A DNA stretch of 64,000 bases, taken from the NCBI RefSeq assembly GCF_036588685.1, contig NC_086385.1:4402001-4466000 (forward strand). The letters run 5' to 3'. The number at the start of each line of letters is the position of its first letter. Within the stretch, counting starts at the first letter, position 1. The position numbers and the translations under genes are program-made. Shown one piece after another: positions 24,271 through 37,557 of the stretch. Under the pieces are notes generated by a model. That model searched no databases. It was not told the origin of the DNA and saw only the letters and a program-made list of their open reading frames with translations. The stretch is from Mytilus trossulus (lineage: Eukaryota).

Positions 24271-24767
24271 ATTAGTAAATGGATGTGCTGAAACTGAACC
24301 AAGACAAAACAAAGCAGCTTATACAACCTCGTGTACGTACCAAATTCTATGGAGAAAGACTTTTCGACAAAGCTACTGCGAGCCTCTGGAACAATCTTCC
24401 TAGCCATGTAAGACATGAACACTCAATCGAACTTTTTAAGAAGAATTTGAAAACCCATTATTTTAGACTCGCTTTCAGTGATACCATGTTACTTTTTATA
24501 CTGACAATGACTTTTTAACTTCGTTCTTTTCGTTGTAGTATAATATCCCTTTTAATTATGATAATTAGTTTTTTAACTTTTCTGTTCCTTTTTTTTTTTT
24601 TATGTGTTTCAAAATTTTATTTCATTCTTATTGCCGATTGATTGTTTTAATGTTTAACGCCTTTCTTTTTTTATTTTAACTGCATTGATTGTTTTATGTT
24701 AAGCGCTTAGAGAAATTTTTAATTAGATAATGCGCTATATAGATATTGTAAATAATAATAATAATAA
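24271..24767 (+). mobile_element. Truncated L2/CR1-group LINE with (AAT)n tail and 8-bp TSD
   Basis: WMDVLKLNQDKT plus the C-terminal motif YGERLFDKATASLWNNLPSHVR...LFKKNLKTHYF. L2-like 3' end aagcgctt...gcgctata and (aat)6. TSD TAGCTGAC at 24263-24270 and 24768-24775. Confidence 0.85.
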
Positions 24768-27689
24768 TAGCTGACTTAACGGTATGGGCTTTCGTTATTG
24801 TTGAAAGCTGCAAGGTTACCCAAATCTGTTAATTTCTGTGTCATTTGGTCTCTTGTGGATAGTTGTCTCGCGTGCCTGTCAGAACAAGGATCCAGATTCA
24901 GTAGTTATAATTATTCAATTCTTTAAATGTCGATTTAATATAGATAAATAAAATCGTATTATAAAAAAGAAATGAATTAGGTTGTAAAATTTGGTGTATG
25001 CCTTTGTTTGATTCTGTTACTTTTTTGTTTGTTTTATATTGATTAAGTTTATAACAATTTATTGACTGCTGTACCCCTATTTTTGACATTTTTACCTATT
25101 ATATATAAGAAAAAAGATTATGTATGTCGGTTTGTTTTGATTACACATCGTTGTTAATATAATAGAATTTGATGCGACTGTCATATAAGTGATAGATTTA
25201 ACCAGCCATAATACCAGGTTCAATCCACCACTATCTACATAAAAAAATTCCTATACTAAACTAAACACATTTATTCAAAAACCAGATGTTGGCATGACAC
25301 GGGTTATGTTCTTCTCATATATGTTATGATGGTATGATACTAAACCCCTAACTGGAAGGATTGTACCTGATATTCATATGATGAAATCATAATCTATCAA
25401 TCAGTTTAATTGAAGTCTGGAGCTGACATGTCAGTTAACTGTTAGTAGTCTGTTGTTATTTATGTATAATTGTCATTTGTTTATTTTCTTTTGTTACATC
25501 TTCTGACATCAGACTCGGACTTCTCTTGAAACGAATACCCACATATATATGAATCACGTAATTATGCTTCAAAAGTCAAATACAAAATTATTTTGTTTGC
25601 ATTATTGCATCAACGAATGAACAAAATACTAGTATATAACGACATATTTATAAAAAAGGATAAATAATAAGAGTTAGATGAACAAAACAATGAGCAAAAC
25701 GAAAATAAGTGATAATTATAGACAGCAGCTATTAAAACATTTCAAAGACAACTTGATATGAAACAAAACAAACCTCACAAATATCTGCTGTTTACAATAT
25801 TAAGACATGGTTATTAAGGATATAAATAAAGGCAATATAGAATACCGCTGTTCCAAATTCATAAATGGATAAGGAAAAAACTAGAGTAACAAACTGAAAC
25901 TGAAAGAAACACATCAAATATAAGAGGAGAAATACGACATCACACTAAATTGTAACACACACAGAACATGCAGAAACAAACTATAATATAAAAATGGTAA
26001 TTTTTCTGATTTGGTACAAGACATTTAAAGAAAAAATGGTTGGTTGAACCTGGCTTTGTGTCTAAAAATTTCCACAGTTATAATAATAACACATGGTTCT
26101 TAAGGGTATGCACCACAAAATACTTCATTATCAATAAATAATATGATATGGGGTTTTTTTCAATTTTTGTTAAACATTTTAGCAAACTTATTAAACGGTA
26201 TTTGTTGACTACATTATATACTTGGTTCGTCATAAGATTATTAATACAACACAATTGGGATATCACATGATATTTTCTCTATTCCATTAAGGGAATGAAC
26301 ATATTTCTTGAAATTAATTATCCGTATATTTTATTGACTAATTTGTTTGATTATACATATCACACTTCTTTTTTCTGTATTTGTTTTCTACATTATTTAT
26401 TTAGTTCGTTTTCGTCAAATTCACAAATTGCCCACAATATGTACGACATGTACCTGCAACATTTTAATGTACTAGCACACGTTTTATTTGTTTCATATTA
26501 ACATTGTTCTACATCAGAAAACAATAAAGTTCAAGATTCAGGATTATTTTCCCGTTTCCTGAAATTGGTTATCTAAGACCCTTCATCTTTAGTTGAATTT
26601 AACGAGTGCTTTTTTTTTCTTCATTTCTTCAAATCTATAATTATTGCTTAACCAAATATGATGAACACATTTGAAAAATACAAAGATAGGTACACATTTA
26701 TATTTTTGTCTTTGTTTTGTTCACACATCATTGTCCATATAACGGAATGTAATGCGACTGTCATACAAGTAAAAGACTTAGCTAGCTATAAAACATGGTA
26801 ATCTTCATTTTGTACAAAAGAAAAAGCCTGTACCACGTCAGGAATATGCAGTTGTTATCCATTCGTTTGAGCAGTGTGAGCTTTCAATTTGCCATTTGAT
26901 TAGGGATTTTTCCGTTTTGAATTTTCCTCGGAGTTCATTGTTTTTGTGATTTCGCACTGTAAACATGAAATTAAGTGTGTCTCCCTAAGGAAAAAATACA
27001 CTTTTATTTTCATGATAGATAGTATTTGATCAATTAACATAATCTGTCAAATAAATTCAAAACTGGATGAATCTCAAGGTTGATTGTGCATAGAAATATG
27101 ATCATCATTTAGTTTTCTTCTGACAAAGTAGGGCGTCTGTTAGACTATGCAGGATGTAACATTTTGAAAACGACGAATCAGATTATTGTGAACAGAAACA
27201 CGCACATTAAAAACATTAACAATGTCTTTTTGAGGAAGCCTTTATAGCTTGAATCACGGTAAACTTGAATATACCATCCTGTGGGTCAGAAGCACTCTAA
27301 ATTTCCAGCCCATCATAACAATCAAAAACCAATTGCAATGCCTACCCATTTATCGTTCAACCCTCCATCTGTTCATAATGTGTCCTGTCCCAGTCTGGAA
27401 TATAGCAGATGGTATCTAATAGTTCGTTTTAATGCTGCTCTTCAGTTTTCCACTTCTAATTGATTTGTTTCCATTCTCGGTTTTAGCTTGTAAACGGGTT
27501 TTCTCTTAATCAATTTGTGACTTTTGTACACCGGTATACTACTGTTTCCTTTAAATAATAGATTTTCCAAAATGAAAATAAGTTCAGTGTCAAATGTTTT
27601 TCTGTCAATTCATCAAGTTTGTTTTTAATTATCAGTGAGTATATACAAACTTGTTATTTTTCAGTTATTAGTATCCAACACACTTTTTA

Positions 27690-28600
27690 TACTACTAGTA
27701 TTCAAACATACAACTTATTTTCCCCAAATTTCTCAGTTGATACATTTAATCATAAACGACCTATTGAAAATATGTAGTTTATTAACTCTGCCGTAGGCCT
27801 ATGAAGATATCATCTAACTTGAGATATAGGACACAACAAATACTGACTGACTCATATCTGGACTAACATATACTATTTGACAATGGGGGTCGGTTGAAAA
27901 CAAAGCTTTGCGACAGTGGATCGCTTTTAGTTTCAGAATTGCGAACTTTACATTTCTATATAGCAACATTCCAGCAGCGCCTGAATATAGAGTATAAATC
28001 TTTCAGTTGATACAATTTCTCAGGGTTTGTATATATCATATAACTATCTCCGTGATAGAAAGTTCCTGCCTACAAAGAATCTGTTAATACTACAAATGGA
28101 GGTTTTTAACGACCTTGACTGGCTATACAGCCCTTGCACGGTCGGTATCTGTTAAAACTACAAATGGAAGTTTTTAACGACCTTGACTGGCTATACAGCC
28201 CTTGCACGGTCGGTATCTGTTAAAACTACAAATGGAAGTTTTTAACGACCTTGACTGGCTATACAGCCCTTGCACGGTCGGTATCTGTTAAAACTACAAA
28301 TGGAAGTTTTTAACGACCTTGACTGGCTATACAGCCCTTGCACGGTTGGTATCTGTTAAAAAATAAAGTGTTCCAGGTGCTGATGTTCAAATTGTTACTT
28401 CGTTAGTTTTACGGACTTGAACAAGTATAGATTGAACGTTAAGGAGTAACCTTTTCACAAATAATAACGAGTATGTTCCTAATGTTAATATTTCTATCCC
28501 GCCTATTTTGTCCGAATTGGACCTAAGGAATAAAGCTTATAACTTAGTTTGAACAAACTTTAGCAACACGGCGGGTACCACATTTTACGCTTTCCCGTCC
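27690..28600 (+). mobile_element. Heavily degraded Penelope-like RT fragment interrupted by a 68-bp tandem repeat
   Basis: Colinear nucleotide similarity to 3900-4410 (gagatataggacac, tttgacaatg, agcaacattccagcagcgcctg, ttgatac). Confidence 0.65.
28079..28360. repeat. Four copies of a 68-bp tandem repeat with an internal stem-loop
   Basis: Unit atctgttaaaactacaaatggaagtttttaacgaccttgactggctatacagcccttgcacggtcggt. Confidence 0.92.
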
Positions 28601-28818
28601 AAACACACCTCAGATTCCCCCAAGTTTTTGGTGGAGTTTATGCTGATCTGTTTTTAGTCTTGTGTGTTGTTCTTTTGTCTATTGTTGTCTTCTTTTTTAA
28701 CCATGGAGTTGTCAATTAATTTCCAACTTTTAAGTTTGAATGTTCTTTTGGTAACTTTCGGCTCTCTTTTGCCAGCTAAATAGTTGTCCCTAAAGAATAC
28801 TCCCATTTCAGTGCACCC

Positions 28819-29045
28819 AAATACACCACCATTGTCCATGTTTGTACTAATCTTACAAATACACCACCATTGTCCGGGTTTGTACTAATCTTATCAATAC
28901 ACCACCATTGTCCGGGTTTGTACTAATCTTACAAATACACCACCATTGTCCGGGTTTGTACTAATCTTACAAATACACCACCATTGTCCGGGTTTGTACT
29001 AATCTTATCTCACCACCATTGTCCGGGTTTGTACTAACTTATCAA
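28819..29045. repeat. About 6 copies of a 38-39 bp minisatellite
   Basis: Unit aaatacaccaccattgtccgggtttgtactaatcttac. Confidence 0.9.
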
Positions 29046-29672
29046 TCCCAAGCTTTTGACAACATGTTTGAGGGGGTAAATGTTTCTCGGTCTTGTTGGA
29101 AGTATTTTTGTATCTACCCTGTATTTTGGTTTGGTTGTAAAAACTAACAGATTAAGATCATTCGATCGTTGTATTTCTGTTTTGTGTTTGGTTATTTTTG
29201 TTTGTAAATATTGTTTGTTTAATCAGGGTTCGTCTATCTTGTGTGATCGTCTTACCTTGCTTGAATTTTAAACCAGCCGTTTCAAAATATATCGTTATCA
29301 ATTGCTTTTTCGTTTTTTTTTAATACTTTAATTTTCATGTTTTCTGTAAATTTATTGTATTATCTTTTATTGAATATATCTTTCTTTTTAATATTAAAAA
29401 TTAAAAAAATAATAAAAATTATTACAACGAATACTTGATCATATCGATCGGAATTTTGAAATAGATTTCTTCAACAATACTATATAAAGGATGGCAGCTA
29501 TCACAGGGTATTTGATTTCATTAGTCGAAAACAAACGGAAAACGACACCAACACGAAAAAGAGTTCCACATTGTCAACTGTTCAATTCGTTCTTGCGACA
29601 AGATAGATCTTTACTTACGTATATCATGTCCGTTGGAACGTTCTACATATTATCTTTGTTTAGGTCTTACAG

Positions 29673-29685
29673 TATAAATATAAAG
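29673..29685 (+). promoter_or_regulatory. Probable TATA box of the Cys-rich peptide gene
   Basis: TATAAATATAAAG lies 64 nt upstream of the ATG and is followed by an Inr-like TCATTC. Confidence 0.55.
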
Positions 29686-29736
29686 TTAGAATCATTCCTT
29701 TACACATTTGATATTGCATTCAACTACATTAGAAAA

Positions 29737-32695
29737 ATGAAATCCATTATCATTCAGTTGTGTGTTTTAATGGGTAAGGTTACATTAGATATATATGAAC
29801 TTTTTTTCACATTATGACTTGGAACAAAAGATGTCTTACAAGCACTCGTGCCACATTTGTTTTAATCTATTTAAAAGTTTTTGAAAAATTGCATTAATAT
29901 ATATTTCTTAATGTGTTCTTGATGTTCCAGTAATTAGGGTTATTAACTTCAAAAATAAAAATCCAAATACTAAGTATTGAAAATGTTAAGTATTTTATCC
30001 ACACTAAAGCGATGCATAAGGTTTATATCCAGCGAATGCACTTTCAATGTCAAAATATCTATTTGTCCTTAAAGGCTTCACCAACAGAAAAAAAACCCCA
30101 GCCACGACATATAGCGCAATGGTCATGAAACGGCGTTTATCACTAAACAACTAAATAGCTATATCAAAAATATTTTTTAGGCATGGTGACAAGCAAAGAA
30201 TTTTGCAGTTTGGATGCAGATTGTAATATAACTAAATGTAAAGACAATATCACTGTACAATGTCTGTACGGGAGCTGTAGCTGTGTTGAAAGTACTCCCC
30301 ATGGTAAGTTGAATTTCAGCTGAGAAGAGATGATTACAGCTTTCGAATTGTGAACTTTTCATTTCTAAGTAGCATTATTTCAGCAGCACCTGCACACGGT
30401 GTATATATCTCCCACACATTTGATACGATATTCCCATGCTGCCATTTCCTATCATGATTGTTATGATAGGGGATCGTAGCGCACAAGGAACCTATTAAAT
30501 CAAGAGTTCAAAATGGGGAAGTTGAAATCATCTCTTCGTTAATTTTTAGGACGCCATCACGAGTTGGTTGACCGTTATGGAATAACGGTTTCACAAATGA
30601 TATCGGATAAGTTCCTGACATCGTAACTACAATCCCCTTCCCATTCAAAAATGTGACCTACCCAATAAGACGATTTACCAGATTTGTTATCTCATAAGCA
30701 ACACGACGGGTGTCACATGTAAACCTAATATCCCCTCTAGTTTTTTGTGGGCGTCTTTTTGCTTATTCTTTAGTGTTCTATGTTGTGTCATGTGTACTAT
30801 TGTTTGTCCCTTTCATTTTTAGCCATGGCGTTCAACTTGTCAGTTTATTTTCGATTTATAAGTTTGACTGTCCCTCTGGTGTCTTTCGTTCCTCTCTTGA
30901 AATGATAAAACAAAACACGTTTATTTGTAAATTGGTTAATGTTTGATAAATTTCTATCCAAATATTATCAAACCATTTTCTTATAGCAATATTCTAACGT
31001 TTGTTTCCCCAAAATGATTATTCCTTGACATAAAAGATGCAGCTAAGGGTTATAAAGACTAACATTATACCACTGTTCACTAGTCAAAAACAGATTTAAC
31101 TACTGTGGATTCATTATCATCGTTGGATACCAATTTTCCTGGATTTCGTGGCTAACGGCGAACCACGGTATTTAATGTTCAACAATTAACAAATTTCTTA
31201 TAGGCTTAGATGCAGTTTTCTGCAAAACCGCAAATTATCAAATATCCACGAAACGGGAGTTTTTTCTTAATCCATGAATATTGGTATTCATGAAAATAAA
31301 TGAATTCACAGTACAACAAATTCGAATTCTAAAGCAGAACCAAGGCAAACACAAAGTCGGTAAATTAACGTTCGGCGAGTTTTCTAATAGTTAAGGATAG
31401 AACATGTAGAAGACCGTGAAAAAAAATTTGCATGTGAATTGCGACAAAGTCATATTTTTACGGTCAACCAATTCGAGGTTTTGACCATAAATTTTAAAAT
31501 GAACATGCTGAAATTGTGTCAACTCCAACAGTGTTCGAGAAGTGTTTTGTTGTCATGAGCAATCTGCTGTCTGTTAAGTTTGTCTTTTGAAATATGAAAA
31601 ATTGTAATGTATAAACTTTTAGATCATGTAACAAAATCAACACAATTTACAAAAGGCCATGTGGTATTTTATTGCATAACAGTTGTTCATGCTAAAATAT
31701 TTGTTGTTGTAAGATTATTCCAATTATTTTGAATCTAATTTTTATATAATTCCAGCATGTACCGGTTTGTTTGATTGTTTAACAAACATTTGTACAAATG
31801 GCGGAATTGGAACGTGTGTTGAATCAAAGTGCATTTGTGTACATAATCAAGGCAAGTATTGCTTTCATAGCTAGCAGTTGATTGTGAATGGTACATTTAA
31901 ATTAAATACTGTGATGTTGTTTGATAATATGATAATGGCGCACTATGCACTCGTCTTCGTAAATTAATCTCAACAGTCACATCAAGTTATCAAATGACTA
32001 TGCCAAAAAAACAAATCGAGTTTGCATGTCAGACAAATCGAGTGTGCATGTCAGACAAATCGAGTGTGCATGTCAGACAAATCGAGTGTGCATGTCAGAC
32101 AACTCGAGTGTGCATGTCAGACAAATCGAGTGTGCATGTCAGACAAATCGAGTGTGCATGTCAGACAAATCGAGTGTGCATGTCAGACAAATCGAGTGTG
32201 CATGTCAGACAAATCGTGTGTGCATGTCAGACAACTCGTGTGTATTGTTATCTCGAGGAATATGACAAGGTATTGAAATATATCTACTTAAAAGGAATAC
32301 AAATCTTTTTTAAAAAAAGGACTAAGGATACAAGAGGGACAGTCAAACTCAAAGATTGAACCTAAACTAACAACGGCATGGCTAAAAATAAAAAGACAAA
32401 ACAAACAAATAATAGTACAGAAGATACAACATAGAAAATTAAAAACTAAGCAACACGAACCCCAAAACAATGTTTAACAAAATGTAGAAGTTGTAATAGT
32501 AATTCATTAAATTAGGCTTGCTTGATGACTTAAATTAGACATTACGATTTATTTCTATTGGAGTGCTTTAATAATGAAATAATTTCTTGTACACTTATAG
32601 CATGTACCAGTGTTGATGAATGTTCGACCTTATACTGTAATACTGGAAGTGTAAAAAAATGTATTAATTCAGAGTGTATTTGTGTAATCCAGTGA
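29737..32695 (+). CDS. Secreted 116-aa Cys-rich protein with three CvSI-2-like (serine protease inhibitor) modules. Exons 29737-29773, 30181-30303, 31756-31851, 32601-32695.
   Basis: MKSIIIQLCVLMGMVTS|KEFCSLDADCNITKCKDNITVQCLYGSCSCVESTPHACTGLFDCLTNICTNGGIGTCVESKCICVHNQACTSVDECSTLYCNTGSVKKCINSECICVIQ*. Signal peptide, three modules with identical C-x5-C-x4-C-x7-C-x4-C-x-C spacing, all introns phase 1, AATAAA at about 32804. The family call is by recalled pattern. Confidence 0.85.
30340..30710 (+). mobile_element. Penelope-like RT 3' fragment in intron 2 of the Cys-rich gene
   Basis: High identity to 4085-4410 (cagcagcacctgca, ttgatacgatattccc, ggacgccatcacgagttggttgaccgttat). Confidence 0.8.
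31103..31311. mobile_element. About 210-bp MITE with TIRs and TA flanks (Tc1/mariner type)
   Basis: ta|ctgtggattcatt ... aatgaattcacag|ta, with further inner inverted similarity. Confidence 0.75.
32010..32245. repeat. About 10 copies of a 22-bp minisatellite (intron 3 of the Cys-rich gene)
   Basis: Unit tgcatgtcagacaaatcgagtg. Confidence 0.95.
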
Positions 32696-33169
32696 CCGGA
32701 GTTAAATATCAGTTGTTGTCAGACAACAAAGAGTAGCGTACACTTTTTGAACTCTAGTGTAACGTTGTCTCATCAGCAATCATATCACCTCTCAATATCT
32801 TATAATAAAAAATAATAAATACTGAATACACGTTTTCGATTTATTTCAAATATACTTATATAAAATGTCACAACAAGATAAACTTACGAAAGTGTTTCAG
32901 CATCTCTTAAGCATGTTAAGGACATAAATATAGGAAGATGTGGTGTGAGTGTCAATGAGACAACTCTCCATCCAAATAACAATTTAAAAAGTAAACCATT
33001 AGAGGTTAAAGTACGGCCTTCAACAAGGAGCCTTACGAAAGTGTTTCAGCATCTCTTAAGCATGTTAGTGACATGTTTGTATACGAATGATATAATATCA
33101 TCAAACATTATCATTACACACTTTTTATGTCAGCCCAAAAACGCAGGAAAATGTGTCTTTATTTCCTCT

Positions 33170-33620
33170 ACCTTAGTAGCAATATACCAAATCCACCTGC
33201 ATATGACATAAACTTTTCCCAACTTATTCGGTATTCAAGAGCTTGCAGCTCCCACTTAGACTTTGTAAAAGAGGGACAAACGATACCAAAGGGACAGTCA
33301 AACTCATAAATCTAAAACAAACTGACAACGCCATGGCTAAAAATGAAAATGACAAACAGAAAAACAATAGTACACATGACACAACATAGAAAAATAAAGA
33401 ATAAACAACACGAACCCCACCAAAAACTAGGGGTGATATCAGGTGCTCCGGAAGGGTAAGTAAAACTTCACCAGTGTCTGAGCAGAAAGTTGATGAAACC
33501 AGAGGTATAGTCTCGTCTTTTTCCTAAGAAAAGTTCATAGGAAGGTACAAAGGCCTTGTTTATAAGTATTCCGTATCAACTTCACAAATACTACATGATG
33601 GTCGTAGTGTAATATAATGT
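33170..33620 (+). mobile_element. Penelope-like RT thumb fragment split by a ~195-bp repeat insertion (about 33268-33460)
   Basis: LSSNIPNPPAY...SQLIRYSRACSSHLDFVK, then the inserted repeat, then CLSRKLM...-like continuation. Confidence 0.6.
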
Positions 33621-34364
33621 GTGTTGGCGTTGTTTATCATCTTAATAAAATATAATATTGTTGTTTTATTTTTCTTTATTAATATTACTTTTACTGTTTG
33701 GTCTGTTTATAGTTATATCAATTTGAAGTGGCTCGGTGCTTATGCATCCCGTCAATGTAATATCTTTCATTTTTGCTAATGTGCTGTGTGCGTGTGAATT
33801 TTTGTGTTTCTTTGATAGATATAAAGTGGCTCTGGACTTTAAATATTCCGCAATTATATTATTGTTCTGCTATTATATTTGCATACTTTGAACGAGAAAC
33901 TTATTATATAAATCTATCTGTGTGACGTATACATTCTGACGTCAAACACACGTTTCTACGCCAAAGTTGATGTTAATCGAGCCATTGGGTCACATGGATA
34001 TCTGTTTTTGTTGTGCTTCTTTGTTAAATGTTTGATTGTTTTTGTTGTGATAGAGATTGTGACACGGTGATGACTGACATACCCCTACTTTGACAATTTT
34101 ACCTAGTAAGTCTGTTTTGTTCACGCATTGTTGACAATATATAATGGAATTTGATGCAACTGTCATACAAGTAAGAGGTTTAGCGTTATAAAACCATTTC
34201 AATCCACCATTTTCTACATGAAAAATGCCTGTACCAAGTCAGGAATATGAAATTTTATTTTGGCATCATGAATTTTCGTGTGAAATTTACCCCGTAGTTC
34301 GGTATTTTTATTATTTTTTTCCCTTACAGACAATCAATGATCTGACACTTTATTCATGGACAAT

Positions 34365-34630
34365 ATGTCTGTCCATACTTCGACATAGTATGCTATTTAT
34401 GTCCTAACATGTCTGTTCATACTTCGACATAGTATGCTATTTATGTTCTAACGCCTGTCCATACTTCGACATAGTATGCTATTTATGTCCTAACGCCTGT
34501 CCATACTTCGATATAGTATGCTATTTATGTCCTAACGTCTGTCCATACTGCGATATAGTATGCTATTTATGTCCTAACGTCTGTCCATACTGCGATATAG
34601 TATGCTATTTATGTCCTAACGCCTGTTCAT
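34365..34630. repeat. About 6 copies of a 42-44 bp minisatellite
   Basis: Unit ctgtccatacttcgacatagtatgctatttatgtcctaacg(c/t). Confidence 0.9.
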
Positions 34631-36384
34631 TCATCACTAAACTCAACACAGCATAAATCATGTATATGGGATGGAGAAATATACCAATGTTGGTGTCGTT
34701 TTATGTAGAGTTTTAATTAAACTTCCTGCGAAATGACGGTTGTGTTTTGGTTAATTACTTTTAATGACAGTATGGAAGATTTGAAGTCACGTATTAATAA
34801 TTTAAGGACTGTGTTAAATGTGTCCTTTAGGAACTTTTTGTAATAATTCGTATCTAAATGGTATCGTTCATCTTTTATATCGGTTGTCGCTTCGAGGTTT
34901 ATTTCATTCGTTTCTCGTTTTTAATATAGATTATAGCGTTGGTTTCCCGTTTGAAGGGTTTTACACTACACAATGAAATAATTTGTGTGAATGCTTATAG
35001 CTTGCTGTTTGGTGTGAGCAAAGACTCCTTATTGAAGACCGTACTTTGACTTATAATGATTTACTTTTATAAATGGTGACTTGAATTGAGAGTTGTCTCA
35101 TTGGCACTCACACCGCATCTTCTTATATCTAGTTGCTTACTTTTTATAAAAGGTAAGTGGACTGCAATCAAAATGTCACAAACTTTGTTTTTCTTTTTAC
35201 TGTGGATCTATTGAAAACACAATAGCATGACTAGTATAGAAATCCTTTATTGTTGCATATTTACATGCCAAGCTTGTTTTATTATTAAAGCTATATATGT
35301 GAGAAACGTGCAATAATTTTTATATTCTCATGACAAGCTACGAATTTTATTTGAATGTTTCAAAACTTATTGCAACATTATCATATTAAGGCATAATTTT
35401 TATTTGAATTATATGACAAAATGGAAACTTCGCAATAGCAAATATATAAAAAAAAGTTACAGAAATATCTGAGCATGTACAAAACAATGGATTAAAATCT
35501 AGCAACAAATAGTGTAAACGTAGAACGTTTGTTTGAGTAGAGCTGATACTGACGACTCAATACATGTTGTTTTTTATCAAAGGGAGACATAAGATACCAG
35601 ATTGAAATTCAATCGAAAATAAATTGACAATATAAAAAAGAAGATTTGGTATGTTTGCCAATGAGACAACTCTCCACAAATGACCAAACATAACACAGAA
35701 ATTAACAACTATAGGTCACCGTAAGGCTTTCAACAATGAGCAAAACCTATACTTCATAGTTAGCTATAAAAAGCCCCGAAATGACAATGTAAAACAATTC
35801 AAACGAGAAAACTAACGGCCTTATTTATATAAAAAATTGAACCAAAAACAAATATGTAACACATAAACAAAAGACAACGACAGAATTACAGGCTCCTGAC
35901 TTGGACAGGCAAATACATACATAATGTGGCGGGGTTAAACATAACATGCTCCACTCTAAAAATCAAAGTTATTTAAGATAAGGGCATTTTTCACAAAACC
36001 GGGGAAAACATTGCTCATTGGAACTGTACAAAATTATTGGCAATTAAGATCCTTCCCGTTTTTGTTAGTGATTTAGACTTTGTGTCGCAACTGAACACGT
36101 GGTGTATTTTGTGAGTAAAAAACGGGATACTAGCTTTCTATATAACCGCTGTTGGTCAAACACTTTGCCGCAGGAAAATGCGAGAAAATTATAAATCGAG
36201 CCCCCCCTTCATGTCCTAATCAGAAATCAATATCGGTGTGGACCACAATGACATTTACCAATCGGCCATTTTCCCGAATAAAAAGACCTAAGAGCAAGTT
36301 TCTAAATAAATCATAAATACGCAAACTACACATTAGCACACTCCTCAAATTTGTTCTTGTTTGACTTTATAACTATTTTGATCT

Positions 36385-36430
36385 GAGCGTCACTGATGAG
36401 TCTTATTTTGACGAAACGCTTGTGTGGCAT
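36385..36430 (+). ncRNA. Hammerhead ribozyme motif with a mutated cleavage triplet
   Basis: gcgtca-CTGATGA-gtc...gac-GAAAC-gctt-GTG-tggca, with GUC changed to GUG. Same repeat family as 21662 and 61200. Confidence 0.65.
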
Positions 36431-37557
36431 ATTAAAGTACAAGCCTGGTATCCTTGATAACTATTAGCAAACACAACCCACTTACTACTAACAAGGCTAT
36501 TGCTCTGTAAATACACCAGAACAGTAAAAACTCGTGATATCAGGACTTTTTAAAAGTGAAGGGTGTTACTATATCTTGAAGTAATGTTGATAATAGTTGA
36601 TACATTGAATCAATTTTTGTAGTTTGCAAGATAATGAACAAAATCAGTAAAAATCGTGAATATAGACAATAACTCCTAGAAGCGATTTCTGGCATTGGTT
36701 TATTTTGCAGACATTGTCTTGCTTGTCATATTTGCATATTTAAGTTTCTATCTATTATAGTTTTCAAAGATAGAAGCTAAAACGTTAAAATATTTAAAAA
36801 CCGTCATTAAAACGCAACAATTAAGATGAGGAACCGTCTGAGAATATCGGGATCATTTGACATACTTGTAGATCTTGTCTTCCCGATTCCTTTACTTAGT
36901 GTATGCCTTTTAAAAAATGTCTGCATGTATTATGATTTTGAATACACACTAGTTAAACATGAAAGGTGGATAAAACTTGTCGTTTTAGAGAAAGGAGTCG
37001 TATTGTGGTTATGACTTAATTGGATTGTAGGTTATTTTTAAGATTCTGAAAATTTCTGTCTTCTTTTTATGCCTTTTATCAAAATAATATAAACAAACTT
37101 GCATTTTACCATGTGAGCCATGTTTTTTTGCAAGCTTGGGTCAATAGACATAACTTTAAAACTAGATAATGATGATTTTGGTTTATAGACGTTTGGTTAC
37201 ATTTGGTCTAGTCATTTTAGAGGAGAAGATTTTGGTAAAAGTAAACAGACAATGGGCGTCAAGTGACGCGATAACTCATTGTTATACCTTTTAGCACGGT
37301 GCGTTTACATACAAAGAATGATTTCATATAATAATAACCCATGTTGCATGCGTGTTATACCATTTGAAGCTTTATACATGTACATATACATCTTACATGG
37401 TTGAATTGGAATAACAGTCATGAAGAGTTTTGGTAATACATGTAGTTAACAGACAACGGGCGTCAAGTGTTTTGCCATTTGAAGCTTAATACATGTACAT
37501 ATACATCTTACATGGTTGAATTGGAATTACCTAATTGGGTTATAAGTTATACATTGT

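Noticed and set aside
29491-29817. 108-aa ORF as the full protein
   Set aside because: Only its last part (from ATG 29737 to the donor at 29773) is a credible signal-peptide exon. The upstream part spans the TATA box.
31994-32359. Three overlapping Cys-rich ORFs (IECACQTNRVCMSDKSSVHVRQ)
   Set aside because: They arise from a stop-free 22-bp intronic minisatellite.
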